Origin: Planctomycetota bacterium
GTDB taxonomy: Bacteria > Planctomycetota > J058 > JARGOJ01
Length of the DNA: 20,175 nt
Direction of reading: 5' to 3'
Assembly (NCBI GenBank): GCA_029210225.1
Contig: JARGOJ010000031.1
Span: 1,841-22,015 of the forward strand
The translations under genes were made by a program, and so were the position numbers. This document shows positions 7,156-15,229 of the stretch, in pieces (position 1 is the stretch's first letter; every line of letters starts with the position of its first letter). The notes under the pieces were generated by a model. It ran no database searches, had not been told where the DNA came from, and worked only from the letters and a program-made list of their open reading frames with translations.

Positions 7156-9816
7156 GTGGATCTCTTCCAGCAGTTTTACCGCCAGATTAACGATATTGAT
7201 CCGATTGAGACTCAGGAGTGGATTGAATCCCTTGAGTCTGTTGTTGAGTGCATCGATCGTTCTCGTGCGGAATTCTTGCTTTATCGTTTGCTTAGTCGCG
7301 CTCGCCAGCTTGGTGTGAGTATTCCTCATACCACTCGCACACCTTATATGAATACGATCCCTCCGACCCTCGAGCCGGAGTTCCCCGGGGACGAGGAGAT
7401 TGAGCGTCGTATTCGTCGATTGATCCGCTGGAACGCGGCGGTCATGGTGACGCGAGCCAATAAGAAATATGATGGGCTGGGGGGGCACCTTTCTAGCTAT
7501 GCATCGTCCGCGAGTCTGTATGAAGTGGGGTTTAATCACTTCTTCCGCGGTAAAGATGGTCGCCAGCGTGGCGACCAAATCTTTTATCAAGGTCACGCGG
7601 CGCCAGGAATGTATGCCCGGGCGTTTTTGGAAGGTCGTCTTTCGACGAACGACTTAGATCATTTCCGACGTGAGTCTGGAAAGGGGAAGGCGGGATTATC
7701 CAGTTATCCTCACCCTCGCCTCATGCCCGAGTTCTGGGAGTTTCCAACCGTTTCGATGGGGCTTGGTCCGATCAATGCGATTTACCAGGCCCGATTCAAC
7801 CGTTACCTTGCGGCTCGTGGTTTGGCAGAGACCGCGAAGTCTCGGGTTTGGGCTTTCCTTGGGGATGGTGAAACGGACGAGCCGGAGAGTTTGGGGGCCT
7901 TGTCCCTAGCGGGACGCGAGCGTCTCGACAACTTAATCTTCGTCGTCAACTGTAACCTGCAGCGCTTGGATGGCCCTGTCCGTGGAAACGGCAAGATCAT
8001 TCAGGAATTGGAGTCAGTCTTCCGTGGGGCAGGTTGGAATGTCATCAAGGTCATTTGGGCTCGGGAGTGGGACGATTTGTTCCGCGCCGACACTCATGGC
8101 TTGCTCTTAAAGCGAATGACAGAGATTCCTGACGGTGACTTCCAGCGTTTTCCGACGATGAGTGGCGCAAAGCTCAGGCAATTCGTCTTTGGAAAGTATC
8201 CTCGTTTGCTCCGATTGGTTGAGCATTTGAGTGATGAGCAGCTCTGTCGTTTGCGCCGTGGTGGTCACGATTACCACAAGCTCTACGCGGCTTATAAAAT
8301 GGCTGAAGAGAGTGATCGTCCAACGGCCATTCTGTGTAAAACAGTGAAGGGTTGGACTTTAGGAGAGGGTTTTGAAGCCCGAAATGTGACTCACCAGATC
8401 AAGAAATTGACGGAGCGTGAGCTGCATGTTTTCCGCGATCGGTTGGAGTTGCCCATTCCTGATTCCAAGCTCAAGGATGCGCCGTACTATCACCCGGGCA
8501 AGGACAGTAAAGAAGTCAAGTATATGCTGGAGCGCCGCCGCGTTTTGGGGGGTTGTCTTCCGAAGCGTCGGGTAGTTGTTCCGGGTATTGAGATCCCTGG
8601 AAACAAAACCTACTCAGCATTCTATGAAGGAACGAAGGGTGATCAGAGCGCATCGACAACTATGGTCTGCGTGAGAATTCTTCATAACCTTTTAAAAACA
8701 AAGGACTTTGGCCAGAGAATCGTGCCAATTGTCTCTGATGAGGCTCGTACATTTGGTATGGAGCCGTTGTTCCGTGAGATTAAGATTTACTCGGCGACGG
8801 GTCAGACATACACCCCTGTGGATGCGGGGGTTCTCATGAGCTACAAAGAAGCAAAGAATGGCCAGTTGCTTCAAGAGGGTATTACGGAAGCGGGGGCTCT
8901 CGCGTCGTTTACGGCGTCGGCGACGAGTTATTCGTCCCATCGTCAATTTACGATTCCGTTCTTCATCTTCTATTCGATGTTTGGATTTCAGCGGGTCGGC
9001 GATTTGATTTGGGCTATGGCGGATGCTCGAGGCCGAGGATTCTTGCTTGGAGCGACTGCTGGACGAACCACCTTGAACGGTGAAGGTTTGCAGCATCAGG
9101 ATGGTCATAGTTTATTGGCGGCTTCGACGGTTCCGTCCTGTCGCGCTTATGATCCGGCTTTTGCGTTTGAGATTGCGATCATTATCGAAGATGCGATTCA
9201 TAAGATGTATGTCGAGAATCAGGACCTCTTTTACTACCTGACGCTTTACAACGAGAACTACCCAATGCCTGCTATGACGGGGGATTGGAAGGACGGGATT
9301 TTAAGGGGTCTTTACCTCTTCAAGCCTGGATCTGAAAAGGGAGTCAAGGCTCAGTTGCTCGGGAGCGGTCCGATCATGCAACAGGTATTGAAGGCTCAGG
9401 GTGTTCTTGCTGAAAAGTATGGAGTCTCTGCGGATGTTTGGAGCGTGACGAGCTATGGCGAGTTGCGTCGAGATGCCTTGGAGGTGGATCGTTGGAATCG
9501 TAAGCATCCGGACGCGCAGGAGAAGTTGCCGTTCGTATCGAAGTGCCTGAATCCAACGGAGGGTCCTATTGTTGCGGCTTCCGACTATATGAAGGCCATG
9601 CCAGATTTGATTCGTCCATGGGTTGAGAAGCCCTTTGTCTCTTTGGGAACGGATGGATTTGGTCGGAGTGATACAAGAGAAGCGCTTCGGCGGTATTTTG
9701 AAATCGATTGGGAAACAATTGTAGCGGCGACATTATCCAAATTGGTTCGTGAAGGTCAGCTGTCAGCGGATGTCTATCATGGTGCCGTCAAAGATCTCGG
9801 ACTCGAAATCGAATAG
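7156..9816 (+). CDS. aceE: Pyruvate dehydrogenase E1 component, homodimeric type, 886 aa
   Basis: Full-length homodimeric-type E1 (~886 aa), i.e. AceE. GTG start at 7156 preceded by GAGGGGG. No aceF or lpd follows. Confidence 0.9.
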   Translation: MDLFQQFYRQINDIDPIETQEWIESLESVVECIDRSRAEFLLYRLLSRARQLGVSIPHTTRTPYMNTIPPTLEPEFPGDEEIERRIRRLIRWNAAVMVTRANKKYDGLGGHLSSYASSASLYEVGFNHFFRGKDGRQRGDQIFYQGHAAPGMYARAFLEGRLSTNDLDHFRRESGKGKAGLSSYPHPRLMPEFWEFPTVSMGLGPINAIYQARFNRYLAARGLAETAKSRVWAFLGDGETDEPESLGALSLAGRERLDNLIFVVNCNLQRLDGPVRGNGKIIQELESVFRGAGWNVIKVIWAREWDDLFRADTHGLLLKRMTEIPDGDFQRFPTMSGAKLRQFVFGKYPRLLRLVEHLSDEQLCRLRRGGHDYHKLYAAYKMAEESDRPTAILCKTVKGWTLGEGFEARNVTHQIKKLTERELHVFRDRLELPIPDSKLKDAPYYHPGKDSKEVKYMLERRRVLGGCLPKRRVVVPGIEIPGNKTYSAFYEGTKGDQSASTTMVCVRILHNLLKTKDFGQRIVPIVSDEARTFGMEPLFREIKIYSATGQTYTPVDAGVLMSYKEAKNGQLLQEGITEAGALASFTASATSYSSHRQFTIPFFIFYSMFGFQRVGDLIWAMADARGRGFLLGATAGRTTLNGEGLQHQDGHSLLAASTVPSCRAYDPAFAFEIAIIIEDAIHKMYVENQDLFYYLTLYNENYPMPAMTGDWKDGILRGLYLFKPGSEKGVKAQLLGSGPIMQQVLKAQGVLAEKYGVSADVWSVTSYGELRRDALEVDRWNRKHPDAQEKLPFVSKCLNPTEGPIVAASDYMKAMPDLIRPWVEKPFVSLGTDGFGRSDTREALRRYFEIDWETIVAATLSKLVREGQLSADVYHGAVKDLGLEIE

Positions 9817-9883
9817 CTGAGGGTCTCCCAAGGAGGAGCTTCTGGAAATGCTCAAGAAAGCTTTGAGTTTCCAGTTTGTTTCT

Positions 9884-9913
9884 TTGCCGAACCTTCGGTG
9901 CTTGGGTTATAAA
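9884..9913 (+). promoter_or_regulatory. Candidate sigma-70 promoter for the kinase gene
   Basis: TTGCCG (9884-9889), 18-bp spacer, TATAAA (9908-9913). About 115 nt upstream of the ATG at 10033. Confidence 0.25.
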
Positions 9914-10032
9914 TTAGAGGCCTTCAGTTTGCAGGTGGAGATGTGTCGGATTACATAACCAGGGAAGGGATCCGATTCTGTAAATGGGTGGAACGTTGAA
10001 TAGCTTGGGGTGCTCTGTTTCGGGGAGCCGTT

Positions 10033-11307
10033 ATGCTTTTTGAACTGAGATTTGTTCATGGCGTGCGTGCGGGTCAGGTTATCAATTTAGATGATAATCA
10101 GACCGTGGTTCTTGGACGTGGAACAGAGACAAACTGTCGCATTCAAGATCCGTCGATTTCACGACGGCACTGCCAGATTACGAACTGTCCGCAGGGCTTA
10201 CTCATAGCGGATCTTGGCTCGTCCAATGGGACCTACGTCAACGGCCAACCCATCAGTCATTGGGTAGCGTTGAACTCTGGGGATCAAGTCGTTCTTGGAC
10301 AAAATCAGGTCGAGATCCATGCGGCGATGATGGTGCAGCAACACCTCTGCACTAGCTGTGGCCGTGAGTTCATGCCTATGGAGTTGACGCAAGGTCGCTT
10401 CAGCCGTGACCCCTCTGGTCGTCTCATTTGCACGGACTGTATGTCAAAGTTCGATTTCGATCCGCACATGATCGAGGGTTACGTCGTCGAGAGCAAGCTC
10501 GGGCAGGGTGCTTTTGGCGCTGTTTTCCGGGCGGTTCAACAGCAAACAGGCCAGGTTGTTGCGTTGAAGACGGTGCGACCCCAGCTCGTTCAAAGCGAGA
10601 GAGACATCGCTCGCTTCTTCCGAGAGGCCAAGGCTGGCGCGGCCTTAGTTCACCCTAATATCATTCGTATTTACGACGCGGGTGAATCTCGTGGCTGTTA
10701 TTACATTGCTATGGAGTATGTTGAGGGGAAGGAGATCGGGAAGCTAATCGAGGAATATGGTCAGATCAACATCGGCTATACCTTGCGGGTTGGAATCCAA
10801 ATCGCGAATGCACTCCAGCATGCTTACGAACGTAGTATTGTCCACCGTGATATTAAGCCTGATAACATTCTCGTTACGGCTCAAGGGCAGGCGAAGCTTG
10901 TCGACTTTGGCTTGGCGAAGAACTTCCAGAGCGCGGGGGTTTCAGGTTTGACGGCGCCGGGAGAGGGCATGGGAACTTTGGCGTATATGCCGCCAGAGCA
11001 GTTGGACAATGCGCTCATGGCTGACCAACGCTCTGACATTTATTCCCTGGGGGCGTCGCTCTATCATATGTTGACGGGGAAGCGTCCCTTTAATGAGAAG
11101 ACGACGCGAAAGTTCATTATGAAAATATTGAACAAGATGCCCGACCCAATTCGCGACCATAATCAGAGTGTTCCACCGGATTTGGAAGAAATCATTGAAA
11201 AGGCCATGGCTAAGGAACCTGAGGATCGTTATGAAATCCCTGAGGATTTTGAACGCGACTTGAAGGACCTCTTTGAACAGATGGCGCGCAATCACGGCGG
11301 GACTTGA
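10033..11307 (+). CDS. FHA domain / C4 zinc-ribbon / Ser-Thr protein kinase, 424 aa
   Basis: N-terminal FHA motif (VVLGRG..CRIQDPSISRRHCQI....GSSNGTYVNGQPI). CTSC...CTDC zinc ribbon. Hanks kinase motifs (LGQGAFGAVF, ALKTV, HRDIKPDNILV, DFGLAK, APE-like PPEQ). SD GGGGAG lies 5 nt upstream of the ATG. Confidence 0.85.
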   Translation: MLFELRFVHGVRAGQVINLDDNQTVVLGRGTETNCRIQDPSISRRHCQITNCPQGLLIADLGSSNGTYVNGQPISHWVALNSGDQVVLGQNQVEIHAAMMVQQHLCTSCGREFMPMELTQGRFSRDPSGRLICTDCMSKFDFDPHMIEGYVVESKLGQGAFGAVFRAVQQQTGQVVALKTVRPQLVQSERDIARFFREAKAGAALVHPNIIRIYDAGESRGCYYIAMEYVEGKEIGKLIEEYGQINIGYTLRVGIQIANALQHAYERSIVHRDIKPDNILVTAQGQAKLVDFGLAKNFQSAGVSGLTAPGEGMGTLAYMPPEQLDNALMADQRSDIYSLGASLYHMLTGKRPFNEKTTRKFIMKILNKMPDPIRDHNQSVPPDLEEIIEKAMAKEPEDRYEIPEDFERDLKDLFEQMARNHGGT

Positions 11308-11512
11308 TTCCATTGTCTCTTTTAGCCTCAATACGCTAGCTTCGTTCAGCTTCTTTTGCTTTGTTCTGAGGGGCATTGGCGGCGGTGATGCTATCTGTGT
11401 AATCCCGAACTATTTCATACTCTAAAAAATTGTTTGGCCTCCCTTCCAACGGACTGTCTGCGTTGACCGTATGGGAGGTATGTGAATCCTATTTTGGGGT
11501 TTCAATCTCAGC

Positions 11513-12895
11513 ATGAAGAGTGAGAGGTCTGTGAATATGAGAATGGAGTCCATGGCTGCGCGGCGTTTTGTTTCTTGGTCTGCCGCCGCTTGTGTGATCT
11601 TGGGCGTGGGGATAGCTCAGGCCCTCATCGCCGACTGGCGTTCTGCTCTTGCTGAAGACCGGGAAATGGTCGAGAATCACAAGAACGCGCTTGTTTCCGT
11701 CATGAAAAAAGTCAATCCAGCTTTCATCTTCATTGGTGGGGGATCCGGCGTCATCATTTCAGAAGATGGCTACATGTTGACGAATAATCACGTGGCTCAG
11801 TCGCGCAAAGTGTGGCAAGTTCATACTCCTGGTGGGAAGAGATACACAGCGGATGTTGTGGGATCCGATCCGCGTGGAGACTTGACTCTTCTCAAATTAC
11901 AAATCAAAGAGGGTGTGAAGATGCCCTTTGTCACCTTTGGAAATTCTGACCTCGCGAAAGCTGGAGACACTGTCTTTGCGGTCGGAAATCCGATCGGTAT
12001 TGGAAATGACGATTACTCACCGACCTTTACTTTAGGTGTGATCTCCGTGGTCAACCGGAATCATTCAAACTATACCGATTGTGTCCAGACAGATGCACCG
12101 ATCAACCCGGGTAATTCAGGAGGCCCCCTTTTGAATCTGAAAGGTGAGCTTCTCGGCATCAATGGAATGATTCAAACTCGCTTCCAAAGCCGCGTGAACT
12201 CAGGGGTCGGCTATGCGATCTCAGTTGAGCAGTGCAAACTTTGGATTCCAGTATTGAAGGCTGCTAAGGGGGGATCTTATCCTCATGCAACGACTTCAGG
12301 CATCAGCGTCCGAAAGAACTTCTCGGAAAGGGGTGCATTGGTAAGGTCTGTTGGGGGCGCTGCAAAAAAAGCCGGAGTTTTGGATGGCGATCGAATCTTG
12401 AAGATTGATGGACGGGTCGTTCGGAACCACGCTCGATTTGGTGGAATTGTTGGGATGTATCCTGGCGGATCGAAGGTCACGTTGACGATTGACCGTAAGG
12501 GAGAGGAAGTCAAGATTCCATTGACTCTGGACAACCGCGGTGGCCGTCGTTTGAGCCGCGCTCCAACTCAGCCTCGTCAGAATCCTCGACAAAACCCAGC
12601 TCCGAATCGTGGCAACGGTGCCTATTTGGGTTGCCGACTTCGTCCGACAGCTGGTGGCGTGAATATTTCAGAGATCGTCCCTGGTGGCCCCATGTCGAAA
12701 TCGAAGTTGAAGGTTGGCGATTTAATCAAAAGCTTTAATGGAGTCAAAGTCGCGAACTTAGATGCTTTGATCACGATGTTGGCGAAGAAGAAACCTGGCG
12801 ACAAAGTCACCTTTGGAATCACTCGTGGTGGCAAGGCGCTGGACATCGAGATGGCCTTGGGTCGTCGTCCTTCGAGACGGATGTCTCAGTCTTAG
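11513..12895 (+). CDS. HtrA/DegP-family trypsin-like serine protease with two PDZ domains, 460 aa, probably secreted
   Basis: Catalytic triad contexts TNNHV (His), GDL (Asp), GNSGGPLLN (Ser). Two PDZ-like segments separated by a Q/P/N/R-rich linker. Signal-peptide-like MAARRFVSWSAAACVILGVGIAQA. The true start may be an internal ATG at 11537 or 11552. Confidence 0.8.
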   Translation: MKSERSVNMRMESMAARRFVSWSAAACVILGVGIAQALIADWRSALAEDREMVENHKNALVSVMKKVNPAFIFIGGGSGVIISEDGYMLTNNHVAQSRKVWQVHTPGGKRYTADVVGSDPRGDLTLLKLQIKEGVKMPFVTFGNSDLAKAGDTVFAVGNPIGIGNDDYSPTFTLGVISVVNRNHSNYTDCVQTDAPINPGNSGGPLLNLKGELLGINGMIQTRFQSRVNSGVGYAISVEQCKLWIPVLKAAKGGSYPHATTSGISVRKNFSERGALVRSVGGAAKKAGVLDGDRILKIDGRVVRNHARFGGIVGMYPGGSKVTLTIDRKGEEVKIPLTLDNRGGRRLSRAPTQPRQNPRQNPAPNRGNGAYLGCRLRPTAGGVNISEIVPGGPMSKSKLKVGDLIKSFNGVKVANLDALITMLAKKKPGDKVTFGITRGGKALDIEMALGRRPSRRMSQS

Positions 12896-12924
12896 TCAAC
12901 CTTTCCAAAATTGGGAAAAAGCGT

Positions 12925-12951
12925 GAAGAGCAGGAGGATCCTGCTCTTTTT
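12925..12951 (+). terminator. Intrinsic terminator downstream of the HtrA-like gene
   Basis: AGAGCAGG-AGGAT-CCTGCTCT hairpin (12925-12945) followed by TTTTTTG. Confidence 0.65.
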
Positions 12952-12971
12952 TGCGTTAACGCTGTCGAGAT

Positions 12972-13297
12972 TTGATACCTGGGACGAGGCGGTTGTGATA
13001 CCTGGGATCATGGGAATCACAAAAATGGGGTCTTATCTGGGTCATAGGAAGAGAATAATGGCGAAGGCATATTGATACCTGGGACCAACAACATCGGGTA
13101 CCTGGGACCAACGATGTTTTATACCTGGGATCGACTTCAACTTGTGTTTGGGTTCCTGAATCCTGGTACCTGGGACCTCGGAGCCTCGGGTCAATTTTGA
13201 TACCTGGGATCGGGGTGACCGAGCGTTTCGTCTTCACTGACGAGCTTTTTATGGACGGACAGCTATGCGTTGATTCTCGCTTCGTTGGTACCTGGGA
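12972..13297 (+). repeat. Array of eight direct repeats of a 12-13-bp motif (G/T)(A/G)TACCTGGGA(C/T)C, plus two degenerate copies, all in one orientation
   Basis: Exact copies at 12972, 12995, 13072, 13095, 13118, 13163, 13197 and 13285. Degenerate copies at 13032 (TATCTGGGTCA) and 13149 (GGTTCCTGAATCC). Start-to-start spacings are 23, 77, 23, 23, 45, 34 and 88 bp. Copies 13072/13095/13118 share the extended unit TACCTGGGACCAAC. Confidence 0.75.
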
Positions 13298-13343
13298 TCG
13301 ATTTGAAGAGTCCTTGGACCCTCAACGAGATGTCTGCTTATTC

Positions 13344-13787
13344 CTATAAGATGGAAAGATTGGGATTTATGGATGAGAGTCTCTGTTTGATGGTCTTAAT
13401 GGACTGGGAGACTTTCAGTTGGTCGAGACCGAGGATCATCCCAATCTCAGCGTCTTCAAGCTCTTCAACGTAGTGCAACATGATGATGTGTTGTTCTTGT
13501 CGTGTCCGGTGCCGGGCGACCAAGGCGGGGAAGGAGGCGGCTTCTTGGGGGCTTTTTGGAATGAAGGTCTGATCGGCGACGAGGGCGTCTTTGACGAGCG
13601 CGGAAAATTCTTCATAGGAGAGTCCAAGGGCGTCGGCGACTTCTGCGTCGTTTGCGGGTCGTCCGAGGGATAGTTCAAGGTCTCCAATAAGTTCGAGGAG
13701 ATCTCTATTCTTTGTGGATGATGGTGGGAGACGTTGAATTTTACCGGACCGAGTGAGGTCGAGAGCGATTTTATGTTGATCCATCAT
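13344..13787 (-). CDS. Truncated sigma-factor paralogue of about 147 aa containing only sigma-70 regions 3 and 4
   Basis: Aligns to the C-terminal half of the adjacent FliA-like protein: LELSLGRPANDAEVADALGLSYEEFSALV vs LETILGRKANDLELAEHLDISLKELDSLV; HIIMLHYVEELEDAEIGMILGLDQLKVSQSIKTIKQRL vs LIVMLYYFEELTMREIGMILDLSESRVCQLHARIVKRL. There is no region-2 sequence. ATGATG at 13787/13784 is preceded by AAAGGGG. The track ORF extends in-frame to a TTG at 13883. Confidence 0.6.
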   Translation of the reverse strand: MMDQHKIALDLTRSGKIQRLPPSSTKNRDLLELIGDLELSLGRPANDAEVADALGLSYEEFSALVKDALVADQTFIPKSPQEAASFPALVARHRTRQEQHIIMLHYVEELEDAEIGMILGLDQLKVSQSIKTIKQRLSSINPNLSIL

Positions 13788-13921
13788 TGAGTACCCCTTT
13801 TGCCTGTCATACACAGACAGTACCCGACTCACAAGAGAGTCTAAGTTTAGTGATGATTGAATATAGAGACTAGTGCCGAACAAACAAAACCACTACTAGC
13901 AGTCGTTCTTTACAGACCTAT

Positions 13922-13950
13922 ACTATATGCAGTGTGACGAAAGATCGCAA
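13922..13950 (-). promoter_or_regulatory. Candidate sigma-70-type promoter for the truncated sigma gene
   Basis: On the minus strand: TTGCGA (13950-13945), 17-bp spacer, TATAGT (13927-13922). About 125 nt upstream of the ATG. Confidence 0.3.
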
Positions 13951-14043
13951 AGTTCTTTTAAAGTCAAAAATCCTACTTCATTAAGTAGTTGGTAGAATCC
14001 CAATACTTATATATCGGAGTGGTGAGTAAGGAAGTGAAGGCCG

Positions 14044-14082
14044 AAAAAAAGGATAAAGCGCGCCTGCTTCGAGGCGCGCTTT
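14044..14082 (-). terminator. Intrinsic terminator of the fliA-like gene
   Basis: Perfect 11-bp stem AAAGCGCGCCT / AGGCGCGCTTT with loop GCTTCG (14055-14082). On the minus strand it is followed by AUCC plus U7 (the + strand A7 at 14044-14050). It lies 50 nt past the stop at 14135. Confidence 0.7.
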
Positions 14083-14134
14083 CGCGTGTGTGCACAGATT
14101 TTATGGGTTTAGAGGCGGATTCCTAGAGAGGATC

Positions 14135-14941
14135 TCAGGAGATGAGTTCGTCTCTGCGATCACCGAGTTCCTTCTGAAGACGTTTCACAATTCGAGCATG
14201 AAGTTGGCACACTCTAGACTCACTCAGGTCCAAGATCATACCAATCTCGCGCATTGTGAGCTCTTCAAAGTAGTAGAGCATGACGATCAGGCGTTCTTTC
14301 ATGTTGAGTCGCTTAGAGACGAGCTCCATGAAATCGGTGGACTGGATTTTGTCGATAGGGTCGACTTCTTTTTTGTCGGCAATGATATCGATGGTTTGAA
14401 CGGCTTTTCCACCGTCATCATCGTGCCATTTATCGGAGAGACTCATGATTTGAGTGGCCGTCCCACCGCGAACCAAGGAGTCGAGTTCTTTGAGGCTGAT
14501 GTCAAGGTGCTCGGCGAGCTCTAAATCGTTCGCTTTGCGTCCCAGAATCGTCTCAAGCTCTTGTTGAGCCGCGCCGACCTTGGAGGCTTTTGTGCGAACT
14601 AGGCGAGGCACCCAGTCAGACTGACGGAGGTGGTCGAGAATCGCGCCACGAACGCGGAGAGCACAGTATGTTTTGAACTTCACGGCGCGTTCGATATCGT
14701 ATCCGTCGATCGCATCCATGAGGCCGAAGACGCCGGCGCTAAACAGATCGCCGAGTTCGACGCTTTGTGGTAACTTTGTGAGTAGGCGCTCAGCGCTGTA
14801 TCGGACGACTGGTAAGTAATGCTCGATGAGGCGGTTTCTGATTCCTTCGTCTTTTGTCTTCTTGTATTCTTCCCACAACTCTCTTGGCGCTTCTTTGACT
14901 TTACCCCGTGAACGGCTTGCATCCCTTGTAATAACTGTCAC
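14135..14941 (-). CDS. fliA: Sigma-28-type alternative sigma factor (FliA/WhiG/SigD family), 268 aa
   Basis: Regions 2, 3 and 4 are present: region 2 (DLFSAGVFGLMDAIDGYD..FKTYCALRVRGAILDHLR), region 4 HTH (ERLIVMLYYFEELTMREIGMILDLSESRVCQLHARIVKRLQ). GTG start at 14941 with SD AAAGGGG 9 nt upstream. Confidence 0.85.
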   Translation of the reverse strand: MTVITRDASRSRGKVKEAPRELWEEYKKTKDEGIRNRLIEHYLPVVRYSAERLLTKLPQSVELGDLFSAGVFGLMDAIDGYDIERAVKFKTYCALRVRGAILDHLRQSDWVPRLVRTKASKVGAAQQELETILGRKANDLELAEHLDISLKELDSLVRGGTATQIMSLSDKWHDDDGGKAVQTIDIIADKKEVDPIDKIQSTDFMELVSKRLNMKERLIVMLYYFEELTMREIGMILDLSESRVCQLHARIVKRLQKELGDRRDELIS

Positions 14942-15003
14942 TATTATGACCCCTTTAATTTATGTATTTCAAAATCCCACTGCCCGAGAATTTGGAACAC
15001 CGT

Positions 15004-15033
15004 CATAGACCCCCCTAGAGTCTATGGATAGAC
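15004..15033. promoter_or_regulatory. Operator-like cluster of inverted half-sites 63-92 bp upstream of the fliA-like start
   Basis: CATAGAC-N9-GTCTATG (15004-15026) overlapping GTCTAT-GG-ATAGAC (15020-15033). Three perfect ATAGAC/GTCTAT half-sites plus a degenerate CTAGAG. Confidence 0.4.
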
Positions 15034-15229
15034 GAGCGACTTCACCCAAAGCTCTCTATCTTGTGTCCCTCTCGACAAAAGACACGATAGCAAGAGTTAT
15101 TATTAGAAGCCAAGTCGGAATTAAAGATGTCTCCATAGTTTTTTCCAAAATAGGGATACATTCACAATCCGCCCCTCTCATGTAGACTGTAAAGCAATAT
15201 AAACAATAGACTTAAGATATAGCGAGGGT

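Noticed and set aside
12956-13237. 93-aa minus-strand ORF spanning the repeats (MKTKRSVTPIPGIKIDPRLRGPRYQ...)
   Set aside because: Its sequence is just the repeat motif translated (recurring VPGT/DPRY/VPGI). No SD, overlaps a terminator, compositional artefact.
12972-13297. Repeat array considered as a CRISPR locus
   Set aside because: Repeat unit is only 12-13 bp. Spacers are irregular (10-75 bp) and partly repeat-derived. No cas genes or leader in the window.
14957-14978. TTTAATTTATGTATTTCAAAAT as a possible XerC/D dif site at the skew switch
   Set aside because: Only a partial resemblance to the TTATGTTAAAT XerD-arm consensus, and no convincing left arm. It overlaps the SD/5' UTR of the fliA-like gene. 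Kept only as something to test with a proper dif profile.
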